A DNA stretch of 64,000 nucleotides from Stegostoma tigrinum (lineage: Eukaryota): the NCBI RefSeq assembly GCF_030684315.1, contig NC_081358.1:3038001-3102000 (forward strand), in the 5' to 3' direction. The notes below the pieces were generated by a model. That model was not told where the DNA came from. It worked only from the letters and a program-made list of their open reading frames with translations, and searched no databases. Shown here one piece after another: positions 1 through 11,778 of this stretch; within the stretch, counting starts at the first letter, position 1; each line of letters begins with the position of its first letter. Both the position numbers and the translations under genes were made by a program.

Positions 1-730
1 ATTTTTGGCAGCATGGGGGATCAGAGGGATCTTGGGGTTCATGTCCACAGTTCCCTGAAAGCTGCCACATAGGTGGATAGAGTTGGTAAGAAGGTGTATG
101 GTGTGTTAGCTTTCGTTAATAGGGAGATTGAGTTCAAGAGCTGTGAAGTTATGCTCCAGCTATACAAAAGCCTGGTTCATCCACATCTGGAGTATTGTGT
201 CCAGTTCTGGCCACCTCATTACTTGAAAGATGTGGAAACGTTGGAAAAGGTGCAGAGGAAATTTACCAGGATGTTGTGTGGAATGGAGGGAAGGTCTTAG
301 GAAGAAAGGTTGAGAGAGCTAGGGCTTTTCTCTTTAGAATGACAAAGGATGAGAGGTGACTTGATAGAGGTGTGCAAAATGATCAGAGGTATGGATAAAG
401 TGGACAGCCAGAGACTTTTTCCTAGGGTGGAGGTAGCTATTACAAGGAGGTACAGTTTTAATGTGAGTGAGGGTAGATGTAGGGGAGACGTCAGAGGTAG
501 GTTCTTTACTCAGAGTGTAGTCAGGGTGTGGAATGCATTGTCAGAGAGGGTAGTGGAGTCTGCCTCATTAGGGGCATTTAAGTGGCTATTAAATAGACAT
601 ATGGATGATAGTGTAAAGTAGGGGTGGAGGTTAGATAGGCCTTAGGATTAGTGTAAAAGTTTGGCACAACATCGTGGGCCAAAGGACCTGTACTGTTCTA
701 CATCCTATGTTCTATGTTCTATATTCTATA
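1..730 (+). mobile_element. CR1-clade LINE 3' fragment
   Basis: RT C-terminal LYKSLVHPHLEYCVQFW and RGDLIEV...FFTQ..VRVWN motifs; (TTCTATG)n-like tail. Confidence 0.85.
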
Positions 731-734
731 TCCT

Positions 735-1300
735 GCCCTGATTTTCATTTGCAAAATGCATCACTTCACATTTATCTCAATTAAACTCAATCTGCCATTC
801 CTCAGCCCATCAGCCCACCTGATAAGGACTCATTGTACTCTGAAATAACCTTCTTTGTTGTCCATTACAACACCATTGTTAGTATCATCTGCAAGCTTAC
901 TAACTATACCTCCTCTATTCACATCCAAACCATTTACGTAATTGACAAAAAGGAGTGGAACAACACCAATCCTTGTGGCGCTCTGGTGATCATAGGCATT
1001 CAGTCTGAAAAGCAACCCTCCACCACGACACCCTGTCTCCTATCCTCAAGTCAATTTTGTATCCAAAAGATTTGTTCCTTCCATATTCCATGTGATCTAA
1101 CCTTGCTAGCCAGTCTACTGTGTGGAACCTTGTTAAACACCTACCAGTCCATATAGACTGTGACCACCCTCAACTTTCATCAAACCATCACTCCCTCAAA
1201 AAATTCAATCAGGTTGGTAAGACGTGTTTTACCATGCACAAAGTCACGTTGACCATCCTGAATCAGTCCTTGCCTTTACAAGTGCATGTAAATGTTGACT
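735..1300 (-). mobile_element. Degenerate CR1 RT fragment
   Basis: PLLFVNYVNGLD...SKLADDT on the minus strand. Confidence 0.75.
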
Positions 1301-1929
1301 CAGAATTCCCTCCACAAGTTGCCAGCCACAGATATCAAGCTTTGGCCTTTCCTTGCTACTTTTCTGAAATAATCTGGACAGGTTGCACAAAATGTAAAAA
1401 TTAGAGCTCAATCGATCAGGGATGATTTCAGAAAACACTGAGCGGTGGAATTTCTTCTCCCTAAAATTTTCTCATGCTCAGGATCAAATTAAACTTCATG
1501 ATTCTGCTGTTGCTGTTGACACATTCTCTGGAAATAAACTTTGTTTTTGTTCACTTCCCATTACCATCAGCGATCTCTTTGCACTCCCATCCCTTGTGAT
1601 ATTTAACTCTCTTGTCCTCCAGCCGGTCACAGGTTCCTTTTGTTCACGCTTCTCCCTTCCCCGTTTTCCTATCTGCTTACGTGCTTAAAACCTTGTCAAC
1701 ATCTCAACTTTTTCCAGATGCGTTCTAAATTGTTAGTTGTTTCTCTTTCCACAGCTGCTGCTTGAGTATTTCCAACATTTTCTGTTTATGTTGGATATAG
1801 CCAGCCTGGAGGGCGACGGGTGGGTTTGTAATACTGATCAATATCTTGTTGATTGGTTTGTAAAGAGGGTTGTGTTTCCTTTTAGCTTCTATCCAGCTGC
1901 TTGAGAGAACAGTTGAAGATTGAGTGAAC

Positions 1930-2362
1930 ATGTCGCTGTATTGCTGGCTCATTGTGATAACCGCTTTGCCCTGTATGTGTTTCTATTCAGAACTTGCTCT
2001 TCATTCACATCCTTCATGTCATTCATTTGTTACCCTGTATATTCTTTCTTCAGGCGGATCTTTTGCACAAATATTGAAACAGATTGTCCCATCCATTACC
2101 AAAGATGTGAGCAAAATTGATATTTTCAAATACGAAGTGGAAGGTGTAAAGATCAGGAATAGTTATCCCCTTCACTGGTACCAGCACAAGCCCGGCCTGG
2201 CACCCACCCAAATCCTCTATAATGGATCAGGCACATCGCGGGATCCGGGATTTGGTGAACGGTTCAAAGCCGGGAAATCTAAAGACAAAGAATTCCACTT
2301 CACAATCGACAAACTAGAGCCAGAGGACACCGCCACCTTTTACTGTGCGTACTGGATAGGTA
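1930..2362 (+). pseudogene. TRGV: TCR gamma V segment, type A copy 1 (leader 1930-1972, intron 1973-2053, V exon 2054-2362); open frame but first conserved Cys replaced by Tyr
   Basis: Leader MSLYCWLIVITALP, GTATGT donor, ttcttcAG acceptor; V exon ...FKYEVEG...LHWYQ...DTATFYCAYWI. TAC at 2131-2133 where the paralogues at 34.7 and 63.2 kb have TGC (Cys23). Confidence 0.85.
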
Positions 2363-2401
2363 CACAGTGCAACACATCAATACAAAGTTTGTGCAAAACA
2401 A
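2363..2401 (+). other. 23-RSS of V at 1.9 kb
   Basis: CACAGTG (2363-2369) + 23 nt + GCAAAACAA (degenerate nonamer). Confidence 0.9.
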
Positions 2402-2779
2402 CGAACCTTCTGAAGAGAAACTGTCAGAGAAAATCACAGACTCCTCTCCTATTTGGCTAAAGCGGCAAAGACAGTTGCATGTGTCTGAGCCTGGTTTCGT
2501 GAATTGGAGAGGGATGTGAAGCAAACCAGGTCTGGGCTGTTTTGAAGGTAATTCCTCTGAACGTGGAGTGAAAGCACCAAAGGCCGTCTCACTGTAGAGT
2601 TCGTGGTCTCTGGTAGAACAGAAGTTGAGCAATCATCGAATTTCAGGGTGTGGGCATGTACACCAGCCGCTGGAGCAGTGTAAACCCGCCAAATGTCAAT
2701 GGTGTACCCAGATGGATCTATGGAGCTTCTGTGCGTTAGCAGCTGTGGTCCCAATCATGTGACATGGCCAATGTCGTCT

Positions 2780-3617
2780 ACTGATGCCCTGTAGGCAGGT
2801 ACACCTCGCAGATGATACACTGGCGAGACCATGCAGATGCTTCCTCAATGGGGTAATAGACACCGTGCAACAATCGAATGACAGAATGTCCCTCCCAGTC
2901 CGGGAACACTTCAGCAGTCAAGGACATTTTTCCCGTGATCTTCGGGTACATTTCCTCCAAGGCAGCCTTGGAGATACACAGCAGCAGAATCCCTGAGCAG
3001 AAACTGATAGCTAAGTTCCATACCCATGAAGAGTCCCTCAACAGTGATCTTTGTTCATGTTGCACTACATGTGACCCCAAAACACTTCTATATCTGTAAA
3101 ATCTTCCTTACTGTCCTGATTTGACACCGTCATCTTTATAAATTGTTGTGATTTCTCTACCTTAATTAGTTTGTACAGATTTGCATTACTTATTACATTG
3201 GTTAGACACGCAGCATGTGGCTCTTACACCTATCATGGTATTCCAATCATTTGGTTTGTCTCCAGCACCGGCTTATTTTTAATTTTTTGTAATTATCTCC
3301 ATGTCTCATTTAATCAGATTATTCGGCATCCCTTCACTTCTTATTCAGCTGTTGACACTTCACTCTGACAATTTTGATACTCTGCAGAGACTTATTATTC
3401 GACACAACATCGACCATTTGTATGATATTTTGATCTCTCTGCCCTTGATCTCTCTGCATATAAATTCTTTTTATGTGTGCTTCTCTCTTACTTCACCTGA
3501 TGAAGGGGCTATTCTCCAAAAGCTTGTGATTTCAAATAGATCCGTTAGACTATAACCAGGCATCATGTGACTTCTGACCTTCTCCACTCCAGTCTGACAC
3601 CGGCACCTCCACATCAT
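2780..3617 (+). mobile_element. Penelope-like element 3' remnant (family 3) with degenerate hammerhead
   Basis: SLPVREHFSSQGH / EQKLIAKFHTHE GIY-YIG C-terminal-like peptides; CTGATGA at 3497 followed by a stem and a degraded GAAA. Confidence 0.65.
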
Positions 3618-3705
3618 CAACAATAAGGGGACATTGGCATGTAAATTCCCATTAATTCACATGTGACATCCTGGACTGAGTAAACAGAGATATGCAAAAT
3701 AATGT

Positions 3706-3914
3706 GATCAGAGATAATGGGAACTGCAGATGCTGGAGAATCTGAGATAACAAAGTGTGGAGCTGAATGAACACAGCAGGCCAGGCAGCATCTTAGGAGC
3801 ACAAAAGCTGACATTTCGGGCCTAGAAAGGGTCTAGGCCTGAAACGTCAGCTTTTGTGCTCCTAAGATGCTGCCTGGCCTGCTGTGTTTATCCAGTTCTA
3901 CACTTTGTTATCTA
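3706..3914. mobile_element. Short fold-back palindrome of two inverted PLE family 1 3' ends
   Basis: Arms meet at ggcctaga/aagggtctaggcc; ~15 bp TSD tatSc aaaataatgt at 3691-3705 and 4942-4956 (second copy displaced by a nested insertion). Confidence 0.8.
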
Positions 3915-4927
3915 GTGAGTTTTGAGAAGATTTGTTGCTCAGGTTGAGGTTCTGGATGTGAGTTTGCTCGCTGAGCTGGAAGGTTAGTTTTCAGACGTTT
4001 CGTCACCATTCTAGGTAACATCACCAGTGAGCCTCCGACGAAGCGCTGGTGTTATGTCCCACTTTCTGTTTATCTGTTTAGGTTTCCTTGGGTTGGTGAT
4101 GTCATTTCCTGCATTGGTGATGCCATTTCCTGTTCTTTTTCTCAGAGGATGGTAGATTGACTCCAAATCAATGTGTTTGTTGATGGAGTTCTGGTTGATG
4201 GAGCCACCACACACTACAGCACAGGGGAACTATGAAGAGCAGAAGAAAATCACCTATACAGTGTATTCAAAAAGAATGGGTACCCTACGAACACAGTCCG
4301 CCGATTTCTGAGCAACAAACCCAAACAAACAGACAAAACGGGCCCAGAAACCATGACCACTTTCCCCTACATCAAAGACATTTCCAAAATGACTGCCAGA
4401 CTACTCGGACCTCTTGGCATCAGGGTAGCCCACAAACCCACCAACACACTAAAACAGCAGCTAATGAACTTAAAAGACCTGATTCAGACGACAAGCAAAA
4501 TGAACGTCATCTACAAAATACCTTGCAAGAACTGTGACAAACACTACATTGGACAAACAGGCAGAAAGCTAGCCACCAGGATACATGAACATCAACTAGC
4601 CACAAAACGACATGACCCACTATCACTCGTATCCTTACATACAGATGAGGAAGGACACCACTTTGATTGGGACAACACATCCATCCTAGGACAAGCCAAA
4701 TAGAGACAGCATGAGAATTCCTAGAAGCATGGCATTCCAACCAGAACTCCATCAACAAGCACATTGATCTACCATCCTCTGAGAAAAGAACAGGAAATGA
4801 CATCACCAATGTAGGAAATGACATCACCATTCCAAGGAAACCTAAACAGATAAATAGAAAGTGGGACATAACACCAGCGCTTCGTCGGAGGCTCACTTCC
4901 AGCTCAGCGAGCAAACTCACATCCAGA
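3915..4927 (+). mobile_element. Penelope-like element (family 2) with inverted 5' arm and GIY-YIG fragment, nested in the end of the palindrome
   Basis: NVIYKIPC...HYIGQTGRKLATRIHEH; 3915-4200 is an inverted copy of the 3' end; 13 bp TSD actttgttatcta at 3902-3914 and 4928-4940. Confidence 0.85.
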
Positions 4928-5964
4928 ACTTTGTTATCTACTATCCAAAATAATGTCTCTTGTTATATTTGGACTAAGCAGTGATTTGGGAAACTCTACC
5001 TGAAAAGATAGTGAAAACAGATCTGGTAGTCACTTTAAAAAAATTAGACAAAGATTTGAAAGTATACAGGGCATTGATGAGGACACAGCTGGAATATTGT
5101 GCACAGTTTTGTTCTCCTTAGCTGAGGAACAATGTTCTTGTGGGAGAGTGAGTGTGGCAAAGTTTACCAAATTGATTCCTATATTGTTTGGGCTTATGAG
5201 TATGAGCAGAGATTGAATCATCTAGGATTGAATTCACTGGAATTTAGAAGAATGCTGGGAATCTCTTTGAAACCAGAAAATTGTTCCAGAACTAGGCAGG
5301 ATGCAGGAAGGAAGTTTCAGTTGATGGGGGAGACCAGAACCAGGCGTCACAGTTTAAAGACCAACATAAAATGAGGACCTTTCAGGACTGGGATGAGAAG
5401 AAATTTCTTCAATCAGTTGTGAGCCTGTGGAATACATTACTCCAGAATGTGGTTGAGACCAAATGTTCAACATTTCCAAGAAGGAAGTAAATGCAGCTCT
5501 TGTAGCTGAAGGGATCAAGTGATATGGAGTGTGGGTGTGGGAAGGAAGTCATTTGAGTATTAAATTCCACGATCAACCATTATAATAGTAAATACTGACA
5601 CAGGATCGTGGGGTAGAATGGCCTACTCCTGCTCCTGTTCTATGTTTTTATGCTTCAGGGCTGCAGCAACAAGACAGTGCAACTGATTAAAGAACTCTTT
5701 CAGCGAAACAGCTCTCTGATGAAGGGTCTAGGCCCGAAACGTCAGCTTTTGTGCTCCTGAGATGCTGCTTGGCCTGCTGTGTTCATCCAGCTTCACACTT
5801 TATTATCTTGGTAACACGATAGGCTGAATAGTATCAGACATAATGGGAATGGCAGATTCTGGAGAATCTGAGATAACAAAGTGTGGGGCTGGATGAACAC
5901 AGCAGGCCAAGCAGCATTTTAGGAGCACAAAAGCAGACGTTTTGGGCCTCGACCCTTCATTAGA

Positions 5965-6565
5965 AAACTTCTGATCATGTTGCAGTTGTATAAGACTTTT
6001 GTTCAACCACATTTGGAATACTGCGTACAGTTCTGGTTGCCACATTGCCAAAAGGATGTGGATGCTTTAGAGAGGGTGGAGAAGAGGTCCACCAGGATGT
6101 TGCCTGGTATGGGGGGTGCTAGCTATGAAGAGAGGTTGAATAGATTAGGATTATTTACATTAGAAAGATGGAGGTTATGGGGGGACCTGACTGAGGTCTA
6201 CAAAATCATACAAAGTATAGACAGAGTGAATAGCAAGAAGCTTTTTCCCAGAGTGGGGCACTCAATTACTAGAGGTAATAATTTCGAGGTGAGAGGGGAT
6301 AAGTTTTTAGAAGATATGTGTGGAGAGTTCTTTACGCAGAGGGTGGTGGGTGCCTGGAATGCGTTGCCAGCGGAGGTGTTAGAGGCGGGCACGATAACGT
6401 CATTTAAGATGTATCTAGACAGATCCATGAATGAGCAGGGAGCAGAGGGATACAGATCCTTGGAAAAAAGGTGACAGGTTTAGATAGAGGATATGGATCG
6501 GTGCAGGGTTGGAGGGCCGAATGTCCTGTTCCTGTGCTGAAATTTTCTTTGTTCTTTGTTCTTGT
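5965..6565 (+). mobile_element. CR1 LINE 3' fragment
   Basis: LYKTFVQPHLEYCVQFW...FFTQRVVGAWNALP; (TTCTTTG)n tail. Confidence 0.85.
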
Positions 6566-7099
6566 TCTAAATCTTTGGTATACCCTCTAGCTTTGGACTT
6601 CCCCACCCTAGGAAAAAGAACTCGGCTATTCACCCTGTCCGTGTCCCTCATGATTTTTAAAACCTCTATAAGGTCACTCCTCAGCCTCCAAAGCTCCGAG
6701 AAAACAGCCCTAGCCTGTTTAGTCCTTCCCTGCGGCTCAAACCCTCCAGACCCAGCATCATCCTTGTAAGTGTTTTCTTTACTCTTGTGGTTCTTATATT
6801 CTCTTTCAAATGAATCTGCTGGCAGCCGATGCAATCCATGAGGCGGATTCATTTGACTTTGAAGCATATGGATGTTGTTGTTGTTTCGAATGTGGATCCG
6901 GTTGGAATTGGTTAGAAAAGAATGGTATTTGCATCGTATGTTACAAACGGTTTTTTTGATTTAAGGCATCATGTGGTGCGATCGAATGGGGAATATAGCA
7001 CTCTTAAAGCCAGTCAGGCATGATCATTTGCATGGCAGAACAGGATCAAAGGGCCGAATGAACTACCATGCTCTTTGTCTCTATTTTATGCTACATGAA

Positions 7100-7295
7100 C
7101 AGAAAACGTCCCAAAAATTTTCACGTAATTAAAGCTGCTGTAAATACAGATGTGAGGCAGCCAAGTTGCACACAAGATTCCTCCAAGAAGGTTAAAGTTT
7201 ATGTAAAAGATCTAAATTAGTGATGGTGGTTGAAGATAAATATTGGTCAGGACACCAAAAGATATCCGTTGCTTTCTTCTTGCCCCGTGAACTCA
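7100..7295 (-). mobile_element. Degenerate Deu-domain SINE-like remnant
   Basis: ggcagccaagttgcaca...gataaatattggtcaggacacc resembles the reverse complement of the DeuSINE core (from memory). Confidence 0.45.
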
Positions 7296-7720
7296 TCTGC
7301 ATTCACTTCAAACGGCGATTGGAAAGAGAAGTGGGAAGAAACAATAAGTGACACAATAAGAAACAGGAGGAGGGGTAAAGCATGTTTCCTGGAGCCCGCT
7401 CCGTCATTTGATACAATAATGACTGATGATTTGCCTCAACTCCCTACCTACGCTGATTTTCTGAAAGAATAAAATTCTCATGGTCTGGGCTTTGAATATA
7501 TCCAGTTATGGAAACAAACCTTTCAGTAGGCAATTCCAAAGGTTCACAACCCACAATGATGAAATTTCTGCTCATTGTGGTCCAGAGCAATTAACTCCTT
7601 AACCTTGTGTCCCATTCCATCCTCATTCCAGATGCTCCAACCAGGGGAAACTAGACTTGTGTTTAACTCGTGAACACCTTTCAGGATATTTTGTGTTTCA
7701 ATTTGATCACCTCTCATTCT

Positions 7721-8022
7721 GGGCAGCAGGGTGTCTCAGTGGTTAGCACTGCAGCCTCACAGTGCCAGAGATTCCAGTCTCGGGTGACTGTCTGTGTGGA
7801 GTTTACACATTCTCCCTGTGTCTGTGTGGGTTTCCTCCGGGTGCTCCGGTTTCCTCCCACAGTCCAAAGATGTGCAGATTAGGTGGATCTGCCATGCTAA
7901 ATTGCCCGTAGTGTTCAGAGGTGTGTGGGTTATAGGGGGATGGGCCTGGGTGGGATGCTTCAAGGGGCGGTGTAGAGTTGTTGGGCCAAAGGGCCTGCTT
8001 CCACACTGAAAGAAATCTAAAT
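7721..8022 (+). mobile_element. HE1-like V-SINE
   Basis: tRNA-like head (ctcagtggttagcactg), V-domain gtgtggagttt..cattctcc..gtgggtttcctccgggtgctccggtttcctcccacagtccaaaga, CR1-type tail. Confidence 0.85.
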
Positions 8023-8044
8023 TCCGGAGCATATAAAGGCTCTA

Positions 8045-9365
8045 TTGCAGGAAAAGTTTTGGAAAGGATTATAAGAGATAGGATTTATAATCATCTAGCA
8101 AGCAACAATTTGATTGGAGATAGTCAGCATGGATTCGTCAAGGGCATGTTGTGTCTCACAAACCTCATTGAGTTTTTTGCGAAGTTGACCAAGCATGTAT
8201 TTGAGGGAAGGGCAGTTGATGTGTGTTAATTGACTTCAGTAAAGCCTTTGATAAGGTTCCACATGGTAGGCTATTGGAGAAAATACGGAGGCACAGGATT
8301 GAGGGAGATTTAGCAGTTTGGATTAGAAACTGGCTTTCTGTAAGAAGGCAATGAGTGGTGGTTGATGGAAAATATTCAGCCTGGAGTCAGGTCACTAGTG
8401 GTGTGCCTCAAGGATCTGTTTTGGGACCACTGCTGTTTGTGATTTTCATAAATGACTTGGACGCAGGCATTCGTGGATGGGTTAGTAAGTTTGCAGATGA
8501 CACTAAAGTTGGTGGAGTGGTGGACGGTGTGGAAGAATGTTGCAGGTTGCAGGGAGACTTGGATAAACTGCAGAATTGGGCTGAAAGGTGGCAAATGGAG
8601 TTCAATGTGGATAAATATGAGGTGATTCACTTTGGGAAGAATAATAGGAAGGCAGAATACTGGGTCAATGGAAAGATTCTTGGTAGTGTGGATGTGCAGA
8701 AGGATCTTGGTGTCCATGTACATAGATCCCTGAAAGTTTCCACCCAGGTTGATAGTGCTGTTAAGAAAGTTTACAGTGTGTTAGGTTTTATTGGTAGAGG
8801 GATTGAGTTCCGGAGCCATGATGTCATGCTGCAACTGTACAAAATGGTAGTGTGGCCTCATTTGGAATATTGCACGCAGTTCTGGTCACCCCCTTACAGG
8901 AAGGATGTGGAAGCATTGGAAAAGGTGCAGAGGAGATTTACCAGGTTGTAGTCTGGTCTGGAGCGCAGGCCCTATGAAGAAGAGCTGAGGGACTTCGGTC
9001 TGTTCTCATTGGAGAGACGGAGGCTAAGAGGGGATTTAATAGAGACATTCAAGATGATCAGAGGATTAGATAGGGTGGACAGTGAGAATCTTTTTCTGCA
9101 AATTGAGGGGTTTTAAGACAGATGTCAGAGGCAGGTTCTTTACTCAGAGAGTGGTAAGGGCGTGGAACACCCTGCCTGCCAATGGAGTTAACGCAGCCAC
9201 ATTAGGGGCATTTAAACAGTCCTTGGATAAGCATATGGATAATGATGGGATAGTGTAGGGGGAGGGGCTTAGATTAGTTCACAGGTCGGCGCAACATCGA
9301 GGACCGAAGGGCCTGTTCTGCGCTGTATTGTTCTGTGTTCTATGTTCTAAGTTCTATATTCTATG
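8045..9365 (+). mobile_element. CR1 LINE RT fragment with 3' tail
   Basis: SGVPQGSVLGPLLF...FADDTK; QHGF; in-frame stops; ttctatg tail. Confidence 0.9.
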
Positions 9366-9664
9366 GTCAGCCTCTCCTTTTCGGACAACCCTTTCCTTCC
9401 AGTAAATAATCAAGTGAATATTTTACGTACTATCTGCTATGACAATGTGTCCTACCTTAACCTAAAACCTCACGAAGTGTTCTCGATGTAGTCTCACCAA
9501 AGGCACGTATACCAGTAGCAAGGCAACCATAGTCTTGTGCCTAACGCTATGCAATGGCATGAAAGGCAAATAATATGATTTCCCTGCCTAATTGCTTGTC
9601 ACACCTATGATAAATTTCTGCGTTCGTTGTACAAGCACAGCTAAACTTCCCTGTACTACATTTT

Positions 9665-9998
9665 CAGAGAGTGTGACAGAGAGAAAGTGAGAAAATTGTA
9701 ACGGACAGAGAATGAGAGAAAGAAAGAAGATGAGAGAGGGAGCAAAATTGACAGATCATGAGAGGTAAGCGAGGAAAGAGAGTGTAAAGCAGGAGGAGAA
9801 GACATGAGCAGAAAAAGGCACATCCAAAGGAAATGGAGGACAGCAGAGAGAAAGCGAAAAGGGCAGCAGAAAGCGAGAAGGGCAAAAGAGAGATTGCGAG
9901 ATAAAAGCTGAGAGTGAAAAGGTGAAAGATAAGGGGGAACTGACAAACGAAATAAAGAAGTAGGAGTCAGAGAATGCGAGAGACAGAGACAGAAAGAA
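9665..9998 (+). repeat. Purine (GA)-rich low-complexity tract
   Basis: Degenerate GAGA/AAAG repeats. Confidence 0.7.
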
Positions 9999-11300
9999 CT
10001 ACACAGCTGGTTGAAATAATTGGTGGTACGTTTCGCATGAATTGGTTTGAAAATGCAATAACGATGTTAAAGGAGGAGCCTAGAAGATTCAATATACAGT
10101 CATCAAGTACAGCTAAGAGCATTGACAACTGACTATTTAAAAACCCGAATGAACTGCGAATGCTGTAAATCAGAAATAAAGTTGCTGGAAAAGTTCTGTA
10201 GGTCTGGCAACATCTGTGAAGGAAAAAAAACAGTTAACGTTTCGGGTGCGTGTGTATTGGCAAAAGACTTATTGCTCTGAAAGTCGGTGGAAAGATAGCG
10301 AGTTAGAGAAGGCAACAGATAAGCTGCAAGGACCTCTGGTCAGACCGGACCGAGTAATGTTTCCACCCCGGTCACCCAGGCAAGACAAACTGGGGCTGAT
10401 GACAGAGGTGTCATAAGACAGCTTTCAGTGTTCGCGGTTTGCCCTACGCACAAAGATTGATGGGATTTTCGGCTCTAGGTTCTGGCAGGGTTTGGGATGA
10501 GGCAGAGAAATCTTCTTTCAGCTGTGTTCAAAATTGCTACTGGAATAGGAAATGTAGATTTTAAGATTCTTGCGGTGCCCTACATTTGTACCAGGAGATC
10601 CGAGTTCAATCCCTTCTGGCCCAGGGGTGTATGATAACATCTCTGAATACATAAACTACAGGACATAGGGTTAACGTGAGCGGGGAAAGATTTAAAAGGG
10701 GCCTAAAGGGCATTTTTTTCACGCAGAGGGTGGTGCGAAAATGGAATGAGCTGCCAGAAGAAGTGGTAGAGTATGGTACGGTTACAACATTTAAAAGCCA
10801 TCTGGATGGGTACATGAATTGGAAGGGTTTGGAGAGAATGGGGCCGAATGCTGGCAAATGGGACTAGATTTATTTACGAGATCTAGACGACATGGACGAG
10901 TTGGACCTAAGAGTCTGTTTCCGTGCTGTACATCTCAGTGACTCTAAAATACATAAAAAAGTAAATCTGTAATGTTATTTTCAATTGGACTGTTGGAATG
11001 GACAAGGAAACACAGCGAAGCCTACAGGAGCGAAAGTCGGGACAAAACTGGAAAGCAACTTACCCGGTCGGTGATCACCGCTTGCAATGGAGTCAGAATG
11101 AGAAGGTTGAGGTGACGGGTGGATTGAAGTGAAACTGTCAATAACAAGGTGAACACGCCCACCCACTCAGTGGAACGTCATTCTTGAGGCCGCAGGAAGA
11201 TTCAGCACTTGGTTAAGCCGATTGACATCTTTCCTCCATTACACTGACCTCTTGAGGAGTTTTACCAAATGGAATACAGTTTCTTGTTGACCTCATCATC

Positions 11301-11739
11301 ATGAAGGGCCACGTCCTTGCGATTTTTCTAATCTCTCTCCTCGGTCAGTACAACTGATTATTTTCATTGTTCAACATTCTGTAATCTCTGTATTCACAAA
11401 TAACTTGATTTGCAATCTTTTTCACCGGCAGGAAAATCTGTCGCTCAAACGTTGACTCAGTCTCCAATGTCAATGACCAGAGCTCCGAGGAACACAGTTT
11501 GGTTGGACTGTAAGTATGGAGGGAGCGACTTCGACAACGTGGTTATCCACTGGTACCGGCAGATCCCGGGTCAACGGCTACAGCGTATTTTATATTTCAA
11601 GAATCCGTCTGAAACTCGATCCGATATCACCGACATAACAGCACTGGCTGAAAAAAATTCTGCGACCAAAACGTGCACCTTGCTCATGAGGAATGTCAAG
11701 GAGGATGACTCTGGGGTTTATTACTGTGCTTTCTGGGCT
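11301..11739 (+). CDS. TRGV: TCR gamma V segment, type B, apparently functional (leader 11301-11343, intron 11344-11431, V exon 11432-11739)
   Basis: Leader MKGHVLAIFLISLL, GTCAGT donor, ggcAG acceptor; V exon QTLTQSP...WLDC...IHWYRQ...DSGVYYCAFWA with both Cys and the Trp intact. Confidence 0.92.
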
Positions 11740-11778
11740 CACAGTGACAGAAAGTCAGGGGGAACCCGCGCAAAAAGC
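11740..11778 (+). other. 23-RSS of V at 11.3 kb
   Basis: CACAGTG + 23 nt + GCAAAAAGC. Confidence 0.92.

Noticed and set aside
3706-3914. DNA-transposon MITE with terminal inverted repeats
   Set aside because: Arms are the 3' end of the Penelope retroelement, are unequal in length, and TSDs are long and variable
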